Source: Longimicrobiales bacterium
Lineage (GTDB): Bacteria > Gemmatimonadota > Gemmatimonadetes > Longimicrobiales > Gaopeijiaceae
Length of the DNA stretch: 64,000 bases
Assembly (NCBI GenBank): GCA_965203485.1
Contig: OZ241892.1
Location: 1,248,001 to 1,312,000 of the forward strand
Direction: 5' to 3'
Under the pieces are notes generated by a model. That model had not been told where the DNA came from and made no database searches. It was given only the letters and a program-made list of their open reading frames with translations. Position numbers and translations under genes: made by a program. Positions 28,942-39,420 of this stretch are shown piece by piece. Each line of letters starts with the position of its first letter. Within the stretch, counting starts at the first letter, position 1.

Positions 28942-31419
28942 ATGCGTAGAATCCTTGTCGCAGCAGCCGTCCTGGCGCCGCTCGGGGCGGGGTGGGGAAC
29001 GGGCTGGGCGTGGGGCGGCTCGGACGGTTCCCTCGTCGGCCGCCGGGACGCCTTCGCGGCGCCGGCGCTGGGCGAGACCCCGGCCGGCCCGGCCGTCGGC
29101 GCGGACAGCGTGGCCAACGAGGTCGTCCAACAGTACTGCGTCCGTTGCCACAACGAACGGCGGCTGCTCGGCAACCTCTCGCTCGAGAGTTTCGACGCGG
29201 CCGATCCGTCGGCGAACGCGCCCGTGGCGGAAAAGATGATCCGCAAGCTGCGAGCGGGCATGATGCCGCCGCCCGGGGCGCGCCGGCCTGCCCGCGAGGC
29301 GCTCGTCCAGCTGGCGTCGTCGATGGAGGAGCGCCTCGACGCGGCCGCCGCAGGTCGGCCCAACCCCGGCAAGCGCACCTTCCAGCGCCTCAACCGCGCC
29401 GAGTACGCGCGCGCCGTCCACGAACTCCTGGGCATCCGGATCGACGCGTCGGCGTTTCTGCCGGGCGAGACCTTGAGCGCGGGCTTCGACAACGTGGCCG
29501 ACGCGCAACAGCTGTCCGCCACCCTGCTGGGCGCCTACATGCGGGCGGCCAGCCACGTCAGCCGCGTCGCGCTGGGCGATCCCGCCGCGACGCCGTCCGA
29601 GGCCACCTACGAGGTCTCCCGCTACGCCGAGCAGCGCCGGCACGTGCCCGGCGCCCCGTTCGGAACCCGCGGCGGCATCTCGGTCGTCCACAACTTCCCG
29701 GCCGACGGCGACTACGTGTTCCGCCTCGCGTTCCAGCACGAATCGACCGGCAACTTCTTCGGCCAGACCGCGCCCTTCGACGAGCACGTCGAGGTGTCGG
29801 TGGACGGCCGGCGCGTGGCCCTGATCCCCCTGGACCGCTGGATGCACCGCCAGGACCCCGGCGGCATCGAGGTCGAGACCGGCCGCGTGCCCGTGACGGC
29901 CGGTCCGCGACGGGTGTCGGCGGCGTTCCTGGTGACGGCCGAAGGGCCGGTCGAGGACTTGACCTCGCCGCATGAATGGTCGCTGGCGGACAAGAAGATC
30001 GGCTACTCGTACGGGATCACGGGGCTGGCCCACCTGCGCGACATGGTGGTCGGCGGCCCGTACGACGCCACGGGCGCGTCTCCGTCCGATGCCTGGTCTC
30101 GCGTGATGATCTGCGAACCCGCGGCCGGCGAGGAGGATGCGTGCGCCAGGAAGATCGCGGCCGACTTGGCCGAGCGGGCGTTCCGCCGCCCCGTGTCCGA
30201 GCCGGAGGTGGACGACTTGATGGCGCTCTACGCGCAGGGAGCGGGGGAGGGGGGATTCGTCGTCGGCGTCCGCACGCTCCTGCAAGGCGTGCTGGCGAGC
30301 CCGGACTTCGTCTTCCGCTTCGAGCCGCCGCCGCCCGGCGTTCGTCCCGGCCAAGTCTACGAGATTGGCGGTCCTGCGTTGGCGTCTCGCCTCGCGTTCT
30401 TCGTCTGGGGCGGGCCGCCCGACGCCGATCTCGTCCGGGCCGGGGCAACGGGAGACTTGTCGAACCCGCGCGTCTTCGCTGCCCACCTGGACCGGTTGCT
30501 GGCCGATCCGCGCGCGGAGGCCCTCGGCTCACGGTTCGCGGCTCAGTGGCTGCGTTTGCAGGACCTGGACAAAGTCCATCCGGACGCGCTCCGCTTCCCC
30601 GACTTTCACGACCAGCTGGCGCGCGACATGCGGCTGGAGACCGAGACGTTCTTCAACCGGTTAGTGTCCTCCGGCGGCACGCTTTGGGACCTGCTGAACG
30701 CCGACTACTCCTACATGAACGAGCGCCTGGCCCGGCACTACGGCATTCCCGGCGTGGCCGGCGAACGCTTCCGCAAAGTGCGCTACGTTCGTCCGGAACG
30801 GCGCGGCGTCCTGGGCCACGGCAGCGTGCTGACGCTCACTTCGCACGCCAACCGCACGTCGCCGGTCCTGCGCGGCAAGTGGATCATGGAGGTCCTCCTG
30901 GGCTCGCCGCCGCCGCCGCCTCCTCCCGACGTCCCTGAACTCGACGCCATCGCGTCCGCCGAGGAAGGCCGCTTTCTCACCGTGCGCGAGCGCATGGAGC
31001 AGCACCGCTCCAACCCGGCCTGCAGCTCCTGCCACCGCGTGATAGACCCTGTGGGCTTGGCTCTCGAGAACTTCGACGTGACCGGCGCCTGGCGCATCCG
31101 CGACCTCGGCAGCCCCGTCGAGACGGCGGGCGAACTCTACGACGGCACTTCCATCGGCGGCCCCGGCGACCTGAGGACGGCGTTGCTGGCCCGGCCCGAG
31201 TCGCTGGCCCGCTCCTTCGCCGAGAACCTGCTGGCGTACGCGCTGGGCCGCAGGATCGAGCACGAGGACATGCCCGTCGTGCGCCGAATCACGAAGGCGG
31301 CCGCGACCGAAGGCTACCAGCTCTCCGTGTTCGTGCGCGAAGTGGCGCGAAGCGTGCCGTTCCGGATGGCGACGGCGACGGCCGCAGTGCAGGACGCCGA
31401 GGGCGAGAGCAGGGAGTAG
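28942..31419 (+). CDS. DUF1592/DUF1588 (PSD/PSCyt) family secreted cytochrome-c-like protein
   Basis: Signal peptide; CxxCH motifs YCVRCH and ACSSCH; RLNRAEY, GFDNVAD, AFRRPV, SPDFVFR, LASRLAFFVW..PPD, RTSPVLRGKW, LENFDVTGAWR. Confidence 0.88.
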   Translation: MRRILVAAAVLAPLGAGWGTGWAWGGSDGSLVGRRDAFAAPALGETPAGPAVGADSVANEVVQQYCVRCHNERRLLGNLSLESFDAADPSANAPVAEKMIRKLRAGMMPPPGARRPAREALVQLASSMEERLDAAAAGRPNPGKRTFQRLNRAEYARAVHELLGIRIDASAFLPGETLSAGFDNVADAQQLSATLLGAYMRAASHVSRVALGDPAATPSEATYEVSRYAEQRRHVPGAPFGTRGGISVVHNFPADGDYVFRLAFQHESTGNFFGQTAPFDEHVEVSVDGRRVALIPLDRWMHRQDPGGIEVETGRVPVTAGPRRVSAAFLVTAEGPVEDLTSPHEWSLADKKIGYSYGITGLAHLRDMVVGGPYDATGASPSDAWSRVMICEPAAGEEDACARKIAADLAERAFRRPVSEPEVDDLMALYAQGAGEGGFVVGVRTLLQGVLASPDFVFRFEPPPPGVRPGQVYEIGGPALASRLAFFVWGGPPDADLVRAGATGDLSNPRVFAAHLDRLLADPRAEALGSRFAAQWLRLQDLDKVHPDALRFPDFHDQLARDMRLETETFFNRLVSSGGTLWDLLNADYSYMNERLARHYGIPGVAGERFRKVRYVRPERRGVLGHGSVLTLTSHANRTSPVLRGKWIMEVLLGSPPPPPPPDVPELDAIASAEEGRFLTVRERMEQHRSNPACSSCHRVIDPVGLALENFDVTGAWRIRDLGSPVETAGELYDGTSIGGPGDLRTALLARPESLARSFAENLLAYALGRRIEHEDMPVVRRITKAAATEGYQLSVFVREVARSVPFRMATATAAVQDAEGESRE

Positions 31420-31823
31420 TCCAACCCCGAGGCGACGCGGCCCTGCACGGTCCGACCCGGTGCGGTCTTTCGTCGTCGCCGCAAGGAGTCTCACCGAGGG
31501 CGTCCCCTCCGTGAGAACGCGCCGGCGCTCGAGCGGCCGGGCCGCGACGTGCTGATGGCCCGGGCTCTCGTGGCGTTGGCCAAGGAAGGACCCGTCCACA
31601 TCAACGTCACTTCGCTCGGAAGGTCGCCGGACGCCGGGGAGTCACGGTGGCGCCGCCGGGCGGGGCTCGGTACATTTGCTGCAACGCGATGGAGGCGAGG
31701 TCGCCAGCTCGGATCGGGCCGCTCGAATGGCGGACCGCCCGTGCGCGTCTTGCGCCCGGCCGGAGGAACCACCGGGGGCAGTCGGCGGCCGATCGCCTGC
31801 GCCGACACGGGAGACGACCGCCG

Positions 31824-33212
31824 ATGCACGTCATCACGGGAGCCAGCATTCCGCGCCGAACCTTCCTTCGGGGAGTCGGCGCCACGGTGTCGTTGCCGTT
31901 CCTCGACGCGATGGTGCCTGCAGGGTTGGGGAGGGGCAGGGGAGTTGCGTCGGCCGATCCCACCCGGCTGGTCGCCATCGAAATGGTCCACGGGGCGGCC
32001 GGCAGCAACGCGTGGGGCGCCGACCGCAACTACTGGTCGCCCGCGAAGACCGGACGCGACTTCGACTTGGCGCCGAGCGCGCTGAGCCCGCTCGAGCCCT
32101 TCCGCGACTACCTGACGATCGTCAGCGACACCGACGTGGAGCCCGCCGAAGCCAAGAAGCCCAAGGAAATCGGGGGCGACCACTTTCGTTCCAGCGCGAC
32201 GTTCCTCACGCAGGCGCACCCGCGCCAGACCGAGGGCTCCGACATCTTCGTCGGCGCTTCGCTCGACCAGATGTACGCGCAGCGCTTCGGAGGCGACACG
32301 CCGTTGCCTTCGATGCAGCTGTGCATCGAGAACGTGGACCAGTCGGGCGGTTGCGCGTACGGCTACGCCTGCGTCTACACGGACACGATCAGCTGGGCCT
32401 CGCCGACCGAGCCGCTCCCCATGGTGCGGGACCCGCGGGTCGCCTTCGACCAGCTCTTCGGAGCGGGCGGCAGCGCCGAGGAACGGGCGGCGCGACGGCG
32501 AACCGAGCGAAGCATCCTGGACTTCATCGCCCGGCGGGTCGGCGAGTTGCGCCGCGAGCTGGGCGCGGCCGACGTCGCGCGACTGGACCAGTACCTGGAC
32601 AACGTGCGCGAGCTCGAGCGCCGCATTCAGCGCGTGGAGGCCCGCAACGAGAGCGGCGAGGAGCGCGAGCTGCCCGAGGCGCCGGCCGGAGTGCCCGACT
32701 CGTTCGAAGAGCACGTGAGGCTCATGTTCGATCTCCAGGCGCTGGCGTTCGCCGCCGACGTGACGCGCGTCTTTTCGTTCAAGATGGGACGCGACTCGTC
32801 CGCTCGCGTCTACCCGGAGAGCGGCGTCGACAAGCCGTTCCACCCGGCGTCGCACCACGGGGGCGACGAGAAGAACATCACCGACTTCGCGCAAATCAAC
32901 CGCTATCACGTCGGCATGCTGCCCTACTTTCTCGAGCGCCTCCAGTCCACGATGGAAGGGAACACGCATCTGCTCGACAAGACCCTGATCGTGTACGGGT
33001 CGCCGATGGGCGATCCCAACGTCCACAACCACAAGCGTTGTCCCCTCTTCCTGGCGGGCCGCGCCAACGGCCGGCTCGAAGGGGGCGTGCACGTCCGGGC
33101 ACACCCCGGGACCCCCATGGCCAACGTGATGCTGTCCGCCGCGCACGCGCTCGGCATGGACGACATGGAAAGCTTCGGCAACAGCACCGGCCCGCTGCCG
33201 CTGGCGGTCTAG
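31824..33212 (+). CDS. DUF1552 (HXXSHH) domain protein, Tat-exported
   Basis: RRTFLRGVGATVSLPFLDAM twin-arginine signal; TISWASPTEPLP, DPRVAFDQLF, FHPASHH, PMANVML. Confidence 0.9.
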   Translation: MHVITGASIPRRTFLRGVGATVSLPFLDAMVPAGLGRGRGVASADPTRLVAIEMVHGAAGSNAWGADRNYWSPAKTGRDFDLAPSALSPLEPFRDYLTIVSDTDVEPAEAKKPKEIGGDHFRSSATFLTQAHPRQTEGSDIFVGASLDQMYAQRFGGDTPLPSMQLCIENVDQSGGCAYGYACVYTDTISWASPTEPLPMVRDPRVAFDQLFGAGGSAEERAARRRTERSILDFIARRVGELRRELGAADVARLDQYLDNVRELERRIQRVEARNESGEERELPEAPAGVPDSFEEHVRLMFDLQALAFAADVTRVFSFKMGRDSSARVYPESGVDKPFHPASHHGGDEKNITDFAQINRYHVGMLPYFLERLQSTMEGNTHLLDKTLIVYGSPMGDPNVHNHKRCPLFLAGRANGRLEGGVHVRAHPGTPMANVMLSAAHALGMDDMESFGNSTGPLPLAV

Positions 33213-33221
33213 CCCAAGCCG

Positions 33222-35141
33222 GTGAACGGCGTTTCCGTCCGGCGCTCTCGGCGCGTCGCGCTTCGAGCCAAGGTCTCGGCGGCTCCCCGAAGGCGGCCCG
33301 GCGCCTTGCGCACGGCGCTCGGGTGTGTCGTCGTGGCGGCGGCTCCGGCTCCACTTGCGGGCGCCGACGCGTCGGCGCCCTGGCACGGCTTCGCGGCTTG
33401 CCGCGCTTCGACTGCGGCGCCCTCCGCTTGTGCGCAACGGCCCGTCGCGCCGTCCCGGCAGAGCCCCGTGGCGGATGCGGCAATGCGTGGCGACGCCGTC
33501 GCGGCCGTTCGGCTCCTGGAGCGCGGCGGGGACGTGAACGCGCCCCAGGGCGACGGCATGACCGCGTTGCACTGGGCGGCGCGGAACGCGGACGCCGGGC
33601 TGGCAGGGACCCTGTTGGCCGCGGGCGCGGACGTCGCCGCCGGCACTCGCATCGGCCGCTACCAGCCGCTCCACATGGCGGCGCAGGCGGGGGCGGGCGA
33701 GGTGGTGGAGGCGCTGCTCGCCGCGGGCGCGGACCCGGAAGCGAAGACCGAGAGCACCGGCGGCGCGCGCCCGCTCCACTTCGCCGCCGCGGCGGGCGAC
33801 GGGCGGGCCGTGCGGGCGTTGCTGGTCGCGGGCGCGAGCGTGGACGCCCGCGAGGAGTCGTGGGGCCAGACTCCGCTGATCTTCGCGGCCGCGGCCGGGC
33901 GGGCCCAGGCGGTGCGGGTCCTGCTGGAGGCGGGCGCCGACCCGTCCGTCCGCACCAAGGTCGTCGACGTGGCCGCGAGGGCGGTGGCGGACCGCATCGA
34001 GCGAGCGCGGCGAAACGAGCAAGTCAAGGCCGGCAAGTCCTGGAACCCGTCCGAAGCGCGCACGGTGCGCCACGAGCAGGAGCGCGCGCGCGAACTGGCC
34101 GAGGCCGCGTCGCGCAAGGAAGCCGAGACCCGGATGATCGAAGAACCCGAGCCGCTCTCGTACGGCGAGCTGGTGGGCGGACACGGCGGCTTCACGGCCC
34201 TCCTGCATGCGGTTCGCGAAGGGCACGCCGACGCGGCCGCGGCCCTTCTGGACGGCGGCGCGGCCGTCGATCAGGCCAGCGGAGGAGACCGCACCAGCCC
34301 GCTGCTCATGGCCACGATCAACGGCCACTTCGACTTGGCGATGGCGCTCCTGGACCGCGGCGCCGATCCCAACGCCGTCAGCCGTGCGGGCACGGGCCCC
34401 CTCTTTGCCGCCCTGAACACGCACTGGGCGCCCAAGTCGCGCTATCCGCAGCAGCACGCGTACATGCAGCAGGACCACACGTACCTCGAGCTGATGCGCA
34501 AGTTGCTCGACGCGGGCGCCGACCCCGACGCGCGCTTGGCCCGCCACCTCTGGTTCGTGTCGTTCAACTTCGACCTCCTTCAGGTCGATCTCCGGGGAGC
34601 CACGCCGTTTTGGCGCGCCGCCTACGCGCTGGACGTCGAGGCCATGCGGCTGCTCGTCTCCTACGGCGCCGACCCCTCGATCCCGACGCGGACCGTGCCC
34701 AGCCGCCGCTACGGGGGGACGGTCGAGCGCGAGGACCAGTCCGGGCTTCCGCCGGTCCCCTTGGGCGGCCCGGCGGTGCAGCCGATCCACGCCGCCTCGG
34801 GCGTCGGGTACGGGCAGGGCTTCGCGGGCAACGCCCACCGCCACGTGCCCGGCGGCTGGATGCCCGCCGTCCGGTACTTGGTCGAGGAGCTGGGCGCCGA
34901 CGTCAATGCCCGCGACCACGACGGGTACGCTCCGCTCCACCACGCCGCCGCCAGGGGCGACAACGAGCTCGTCCTCTACTTGGTCTCGAAGGGCGCCGAT
35001 CCCACGCTGGTCAGTCGCGAGGGCCGCACGACGGCCGACATGGCCAACGGCCCCGTGCAACGCATTCAGCCGTTTCCCGCCACCGTGGCGCTCCTTGAAC
35101 GGCTGGGAGCGCGCAACAACCACAACTGCGTCTCGTGCTGA
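33222..35141 (+). CDS. Secreted ankyrin-repeat protein
   Basis: Multiple ankyrin repeats ([61 protein letters not shown]); ends in HNCVSC. Start uncertain. Confidence 0.88.
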   Translation: MNGVSVRRSRRVALRAKVSAAPRRRPGALRTALGCVVVAAAPAPLAGADASAPWHGFAACRASTAAPSACAQRPVAPSRQSPVADAAMRGDAVAAVRLLERGGDVNAPQGDGMTALHWAARNADAGLAGTLLAAGADVAAGTRIGRYQPLHMAAQAGAGEVVEALLAAGADPEAKTESTGGARPLHFAAAAGDGRAVRALLVAGASVDAREESWGQTPLIFAAAAGRAQAVRVLLEAGADPSVRTKVVDVAARAVADRIERARRNEQVKAGKSWNPSEARTVRHEQERARELAEAASRKEAETRMIEEPEPLSYGELVGGHGGFTALLHAVREGHADAAAALLDGGAAVDQASGGDRTSPLLMATINGHFDLAMALLDRGADPNAVSRAGTGPLFAALNTHWAPKSRYPQQHAYMQQDHTYLELMRKLLDAGADPDARLARHLWFVSFNFDLLQVDLRGATPFWRAAYALDVEAMRLLVSYGADPSIPTRTVPSRRYGGTVEREDQSGLPPVPLGGPAVQPIHAASGVGYGQGFAGNAHRHVPGGWMPAVRYLVEELGADVNARDHDGYAPLHHAAARGDNELVLYLVSKGADPTLVSREGRTTADMANGPVQRIQPFPATVALLERLGARNNHNCVSC

Positions 35142-35193
35142 CGCGCGCGACGCTGCGACGGCACGCCGCCTCCGCCTCTCGGGCCACCTCTCG

Positions 35194-36999
35194 GTGCAGA
35201 CCGACCTCATCCGCAATTTCTGCATAATCGCCCACGTCGACCACGGCAAGTCCACGCTCGCGGACCGGCTTCTGGAGGCCACCGGCACGCTGGACGAGCG
35301 ACAGATGCGCGACCAGGTCCTCGACTCCAACGAGCTGGAACGGGAGCGCGGCATCACGATCAAGCTCCATGCGGTCTCGATGTCCTACGGCGCCCGCGAC
35401 GGACGCGAGTACGATCTGAACCTGATCGACACGCCCGGGCATGTGGACTTCTCGTACGAGGTGTCGCGCTCCTTGGCCGCGTGCGAAGGCGCCGTGCTGG
35501 TCGTGGACGCGGCCCAGGGAGTGCAGGCCCAGACCCTGTCCAACCTCTTCCTTGCCCTCGACGCGGACCTCGAGATCGTGCCGGTCGTCAACAAGATCGA
35601 CCTTCCCGGCGCGGAGCCCGGCCGCCGCCGCGACGAACTCGCCGAGCTGATCGGCGTCGATCCATCGAGCGTGATCCTGGCGAGCGCCAAGGAGGGCGAG
35701 GGCGTGGATGCCGTCCTGGAAGCCGTCGTGGAGCGCGTTCCCCCGCCTGCGGGCGACGGCGGGGCGCCTCTGCGCGCGCTCATCTTCGATTCCTGCTACG
35801 ACCAGTACCTGGGCGCGGTCCCGAGCATCCGGGTCGTGGACGGCGTGGTCCGCGCAGGCACTCCGATCACCTTCGGCACCGTCCGCGCCCGCTACGAGGT
35901 CACCGAAGTCGGGCGGCAGCGGCTGGCGCGCGTGCCGTGCGACCACTTGGGTCCCGGCGAGGTCGGCTACGTCGTGGCCGCGATCAAGGCCGTGTCCGAC
36001 ACGCCCGTCGGCGACACCGTGCTCGACGCGTCGAACCCGGCGCCCGAGTTGCTGCCCGGCTACCAGGAGCCCCGCCCCATGGTGTTCGCGGGCTTGTATC
36101 CCGCCGAGACCGACGGCTACCAGGAGCTGCGCGACGCGCTCGAACGGCTTCAGCTCAACGACGCGGCGCTTCGCTTCGAGCCCGAGAAGTCGAACGCGCT
36201 CGGCTTCGGGTTCCGTTGCGGCTTCCTGGGCCTGCTCCACCTGGAGATCGTGCAGGAGCGGCTGGATCGCGAGTTCGGGGTGAAGCTCGTCACCACGGTG
36301 CCCAACGTCGAATACCTAGTGCGCTTGACGGACGGCGGCGAAGTGCGGCTGGAGAACCCGGCCAACCTTCCGGACCGCGCGACCGTCGAGTCCATAGCCG
36401 AGCCGGTCGTCAGCGCGCGCATAGTCGTGCCCGCCGAGTACATCGGCAACGTGCAGAAGCTTTGCCACGACCGCCGGGGCGTGTTCCGCGGAATGAAGTA
36501 CCTGGACCTCCAGCGCGTCGAGATGGACTACGAGTTGCCGCTGGCCGAGATCGTCCTGGACTTCTACGACCGCCTCAAGGGCGGCACAAGGGGCTACGCG
36601 GCGCTCGACTACGAGTTTCACGAGCACCGGCCCGGCAGCCTGGCCCGCCTCGACATCCTGGTCAACGGCGACCCGGTGGACGCGTTCTCGGTGATCCTGC
36701 ACCGCGACAACGCGTACCACCACGGCCGCTCGCTGGTGCGCAAGCTCAAGCAGCTGATCCCGCGCCAGCAGTTCGAGGTGGCGCTCCAGGCGGCCGTCGG
36801 CGGCCAGGTAATCGCCCGCGAGTCGGTGCGCCCGTTGCGCAAGAACGTCACCGCCAAGTGCTACGGGGGCGACATCACCCGCAAGCGCAAGCTCCTGGAG
36901 CGCCAGAAGGAGGGAAAGAAGCGGATGAAGCAGATCGGGTCCGTCGAAATCCCCCAGGAGGCGTTCATGGCGGTGCTCCAGCTGGACGACGAGCGATGA
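35194..36999 (+). CDS. lepA: Translation elongation factor 4 (LepA)
   Basis: [79 protein letters not shown]. Confidence 0.98.
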   Translation: MQTDLIRNFCIIAHVDHGKSTLADRLLEATGTLDERQMRDQVLDSNELERERGITIKLHAVSMSYGARDGREYDLNLIDTPGHVDFSYEVSRSLAACEGAVLVVDAAQGVQAQTLSNLFLALDADLEIVPVVNKIDLPGAEPGRRRDELAELIGVDPSSVILASAKEGEGVDAVLEAVVERVPPPAGDGGAPLRALIFDSCYDQYLGAVPSIRVVDGVVRAGTPITFGTVRARYEVTEVGRQRLARVPCDHLGPGEVGYVVAAIKAVSDTPVGDTVLDASNPAPELLPGYQEPRPMVFAGLYPAETDGYQELRDALERLQLNDAALRFEPEKSNALGFGFRCGFLGLLHLEIVQERLDREFGVKLVTTVPNVEYLVRLTDGGEVRLENPANLPDRATVESIAEPVVSARIVVPAEYIGNVQKLCHDRRGVFRGMKYLDLQRVEMDYELPLAEIVLDFYDRLKGGTRGYAALDYEFHEHRPGSLARLDILVNGDPVDAFSVILHRDNAYHHGRSLVRKLKQLIPRQQFEVALQAAVGGQVIARESVRPLRKNVTAKCYGGDITRKRKLLERQKEGKKRMKQIGSVEIPQEAFMAVLQLDDER

Positions 37000-37147
37000 G
37001 CTGGGGTTCGGGCGATCGACGCGCGCGCCCGCGGCCATGCGTCCGGGCTCCGGCGGCCGCCGGGAGGATGGGCCTCGAACTGGACGCCGGCGACCGGTCA
37101 CCCCCGGCGACCGACGTCCCTCGGCCTGCGGCCCTCCTGGGCGAGCG

Positions 37148-38533
37148 TTGAACGGACCGTCGGCCGACGGTGGTGGCCGCCGCCGGCGTCTCGGCGTCCT
37201 CGGCACGCTCGTGCTGGACACGCTCGTCCGTGCCGGGCGCCCGCCGGAGGCGGGATTGTGGGGCGGCATCGCCTACTCGCTGGCCGCCTTCGATCAAGTC
37301 CTCGGGCCGGGATGGACGATCGTGCCCCTGGTCGTCGTGGGGGTCGACTTGGCCGGGCCCGGACGGCGTTGCCTGCGGCGCCTGGCGCCTTCTGCGGACC
37401 TGAGCCGGATTCGCGTGGCGGACGCGCCGAACAACCGCGTCGAGCTGCGTTGCTCGGTATCCGGCGACCGCACCGAGCGTCTGACCGGGGGCGTGCCCGG
37501 CTGGGCCGCGCGCGAAGTCGCCCCATTGTTGCCGACGCTCGACGCGCTCTACGTGAACTTCGTTTCGGGGGCGGAGCTGGACCTCGTCGGCGCGCGGCTT
37601 GTCCGCGACGACTTCCACGGCCCGGCCTATGCGGACCTCCACTCCCTCTTCCTCGGGGTCGAGAGCGGCGGCGCGCGGCGCCCGCGCCCCTTGGCGGAGG
37701 CGCCGGAGTTCGCCGCCTGCTTCGACGTCGTGCAGATGAACCAGGACGAGTTCGCTCTCTACCAAGCAGGCCTGGACGAAGCGAGCGCCGCCCGTCTTGC
37801 CGCCACGGGGCGCGCGGCGCGGACGCGTCCTCATGCGGCCGGCGCGACGAGCCCCGTCGGGGAGGACGCAATCGGCATGCGCGCGAAGCTGCTGGCGGTC
37901 ACGCGCGGAGCCGCGGGCGCCGACATCTTCGAGCACGCGACTTGCGAAGCCGAGCGAGACGCTTCGCACGGCCCTCCGACCCGGATCGAGCCGAAGCGGA
38001 AGGCGCCTTTGCGGCCGCAGGTGAACGCCGCCGCCGTCGGTTGCGGGGACGCATGGGGAGCGACCTTCTTCTCGGGCCTGCTCGCAGGCGCGTCCGCGCC
38101 GGCCGCCGCCGCCCACGCCAACGCGATTGCCGCCGCCAACCTCGAATGCATCGGTGCGCTCGACCTGCGCGCCGCCTTGGCCCGTTGCGCCCCCGCTCTT
38201 CGCGAGCCGCCGCCCTCGGGCCACCTCCGAACTTCCGACGCGTCCTCGACCGCCGCCCATGTGCCCCGGACCACGAAGGCGCCGTCTCCAGGGCGCCCGC
38301 GCGGATTCCTGGCCGCCTCGGCGCTCGCGCCACCGGAGTCCTTCCCGGCCTGCCGCAGGCGGCTGGTTGAGCCGCCGGCATCGTCTCCGGGGCGCCCGCA
38401 ACGGCGCATGGCCGCCACGTCGTTTGCGCAGCGGGCCGCGCCGCCGCCCCGGCTCTCTCCGAACGCGTTCCAGTCCACCGCCAAGGCGCCCGCGCCCGCA
38501 ACCGGCCCACCCGCAGGTCCTCGTGGTCGATGA
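37148..38533 (+). CDS. PfkB/ribokinase-like carbohydrate kinase (divergent, long C-terminal extension)
   Basis: LGVLGTLVLDT...WGGIAYSL, DVVQMNQDE, VTRGAAGA, GCGDAWGATF...AAAHAN; start uncertain. Confidence 0.65.
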   Translation: MNGPSADGGGRRRRLGVLGTLVLDTLVRAGRPPEAGLWGGIAYSLAAFDQVLGPGWTIVPLVVVGVDLAGPGRRCLRRLAPSADLSRIRVADAPNNRVELRCSVSGDRTERLTGGVPGWAAREVAPLLPTLDALYVNFVSGAELDLVGARLVRDDFHGPAYADLHSLFLGVESGGARRPRPLAEAPEFAACFDVVQMNQDEFALYQAGLDEASAARLAATGRAARTRPHAAGATSPVGEDAIGMRAKLLAVTRGAAGADIFEHATCEAERDASHGPPTRIEPKRKAPLRPQVNAAAVGCGDAWGATFFSGLLAGASAPAAAAHANAIAAANLECIGALDLRAALARCAPALREPPPSGHLRTSDASSTAAHVPRTTKAPSPGRPRGFLAASALAPPESFPACRRRLVEPPASSPGRPQRRMAATSFAQRAAPPPRLSPNAFQSTAKAPAPATGPPAGPRGR

Positions 38534-39420
38534 GAGTCCTCGACATCCCCGTGTCGCTCGACTACGACAGCGTCGAAGCGCTCTACCGGCCCCTGGCGGA
38601 CGCCGCCGCCGCCCCCGTCCTGTTCGACGCGCGCCGCCTTCGCTGGATCGACCCCAACGGGATGACGGCGCTTCTCGCCGCCGCCGCCGTCGCGGCCCAG
38701 CGGAGCGGGACGTCTCCCAGCTTGTCGCTTCCCGCGAACGCCGACGTGACCAGCTACTTGGCCCGCATGGGCTTCTTTCGCGAGGCGGCCAGCCTGTTCA
38801 GGGCCGCGCCCGGCTCTCCTCGCGCAGCCGGTCCGGCCCGCGAGTCGGACGTGCTCCTCGAAATCACGCCCGTCGCCACCAACCAGGACGTGCACGCCGT
38901 CGTGAACCGGGTGCAGGACCGGGCCGGGGCGATCTTGCGGTCTCTGCGCTACGCGGACGCCGCCGTGGTCAAGTTCTCCGTCATCCTGTCCGAAGTCTGC
39001 CAGAACATCACCGAGCACGCGAACGGCCGGGGGTGGGTGGCGGCCCAGTCCTACAACTGGACCAAGCGCCTGGGCCGCCGCGTGGTCGTCATCGCGGTCT
39101 CCGACGTCGGGCGCGGCTTTCGCGCGTCGCTGGCGGATGCCCATGCGGCCCGCTTCGGCGACCTGTGGGGCGACGCGAAGGCTCTGGAAGCCGCCTTTCT
39201 CGAGGGATTGACGCGCTTCCCCGAAACCGGCCGGGGACAGGGCCTGCAACAGATCCGCAAGCAGGTGAAGCGGTGGGACGGCCTAGTCTCGATTCGCAGC
39301 GGCACGGCCCAGATCGCGGACGCCCCGGAATGGACGCGGGCGCCGCCCATGGCGGACGGACTCGCCCCGTTCCCGGGAGCCCAGATCAACATCATGCTGC
39401 CCGAGCGAGCCGATGGCTGA
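38530..39420 (+). CDS. STAS-like + GHKL (HATPase_c) kinase, RsbW/CapK-like
   Basis: N-terminal FDARRLRWIDPNGM...SYLARMGFF (STAS-like); GHKL N box SEVCQNITEHA, G1 AVSDVGRG, G2 GRGQGL, IRSG, final FPGAQINI strand. Confidence 0.75.
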   Translation: MRVLDIPVSLDYDSVEALYRPLADAAAAPVLFDARRLRWIDPNGMTALLAAAAVAAQRSGTSPSLSLPANADVTSYLARMGFFREAASLFRAAPGSPRAAGPARESDVLLEITPVATNQDVHAVVNRVQDRAGAILRSLRYADAAVVKFSVILSEVCQNITEHANGRGWVAAQSYNWTKRLGRRVVVIAVSDVGRGFRASLADAHAARFGDLWGDAKALEAAFLEGLTRFPETGRGQGLQQIRKQVKRWDGLVSIRSGTAQIADAPEWTRAPPMADGLAPFPGAQINIMLPERADG

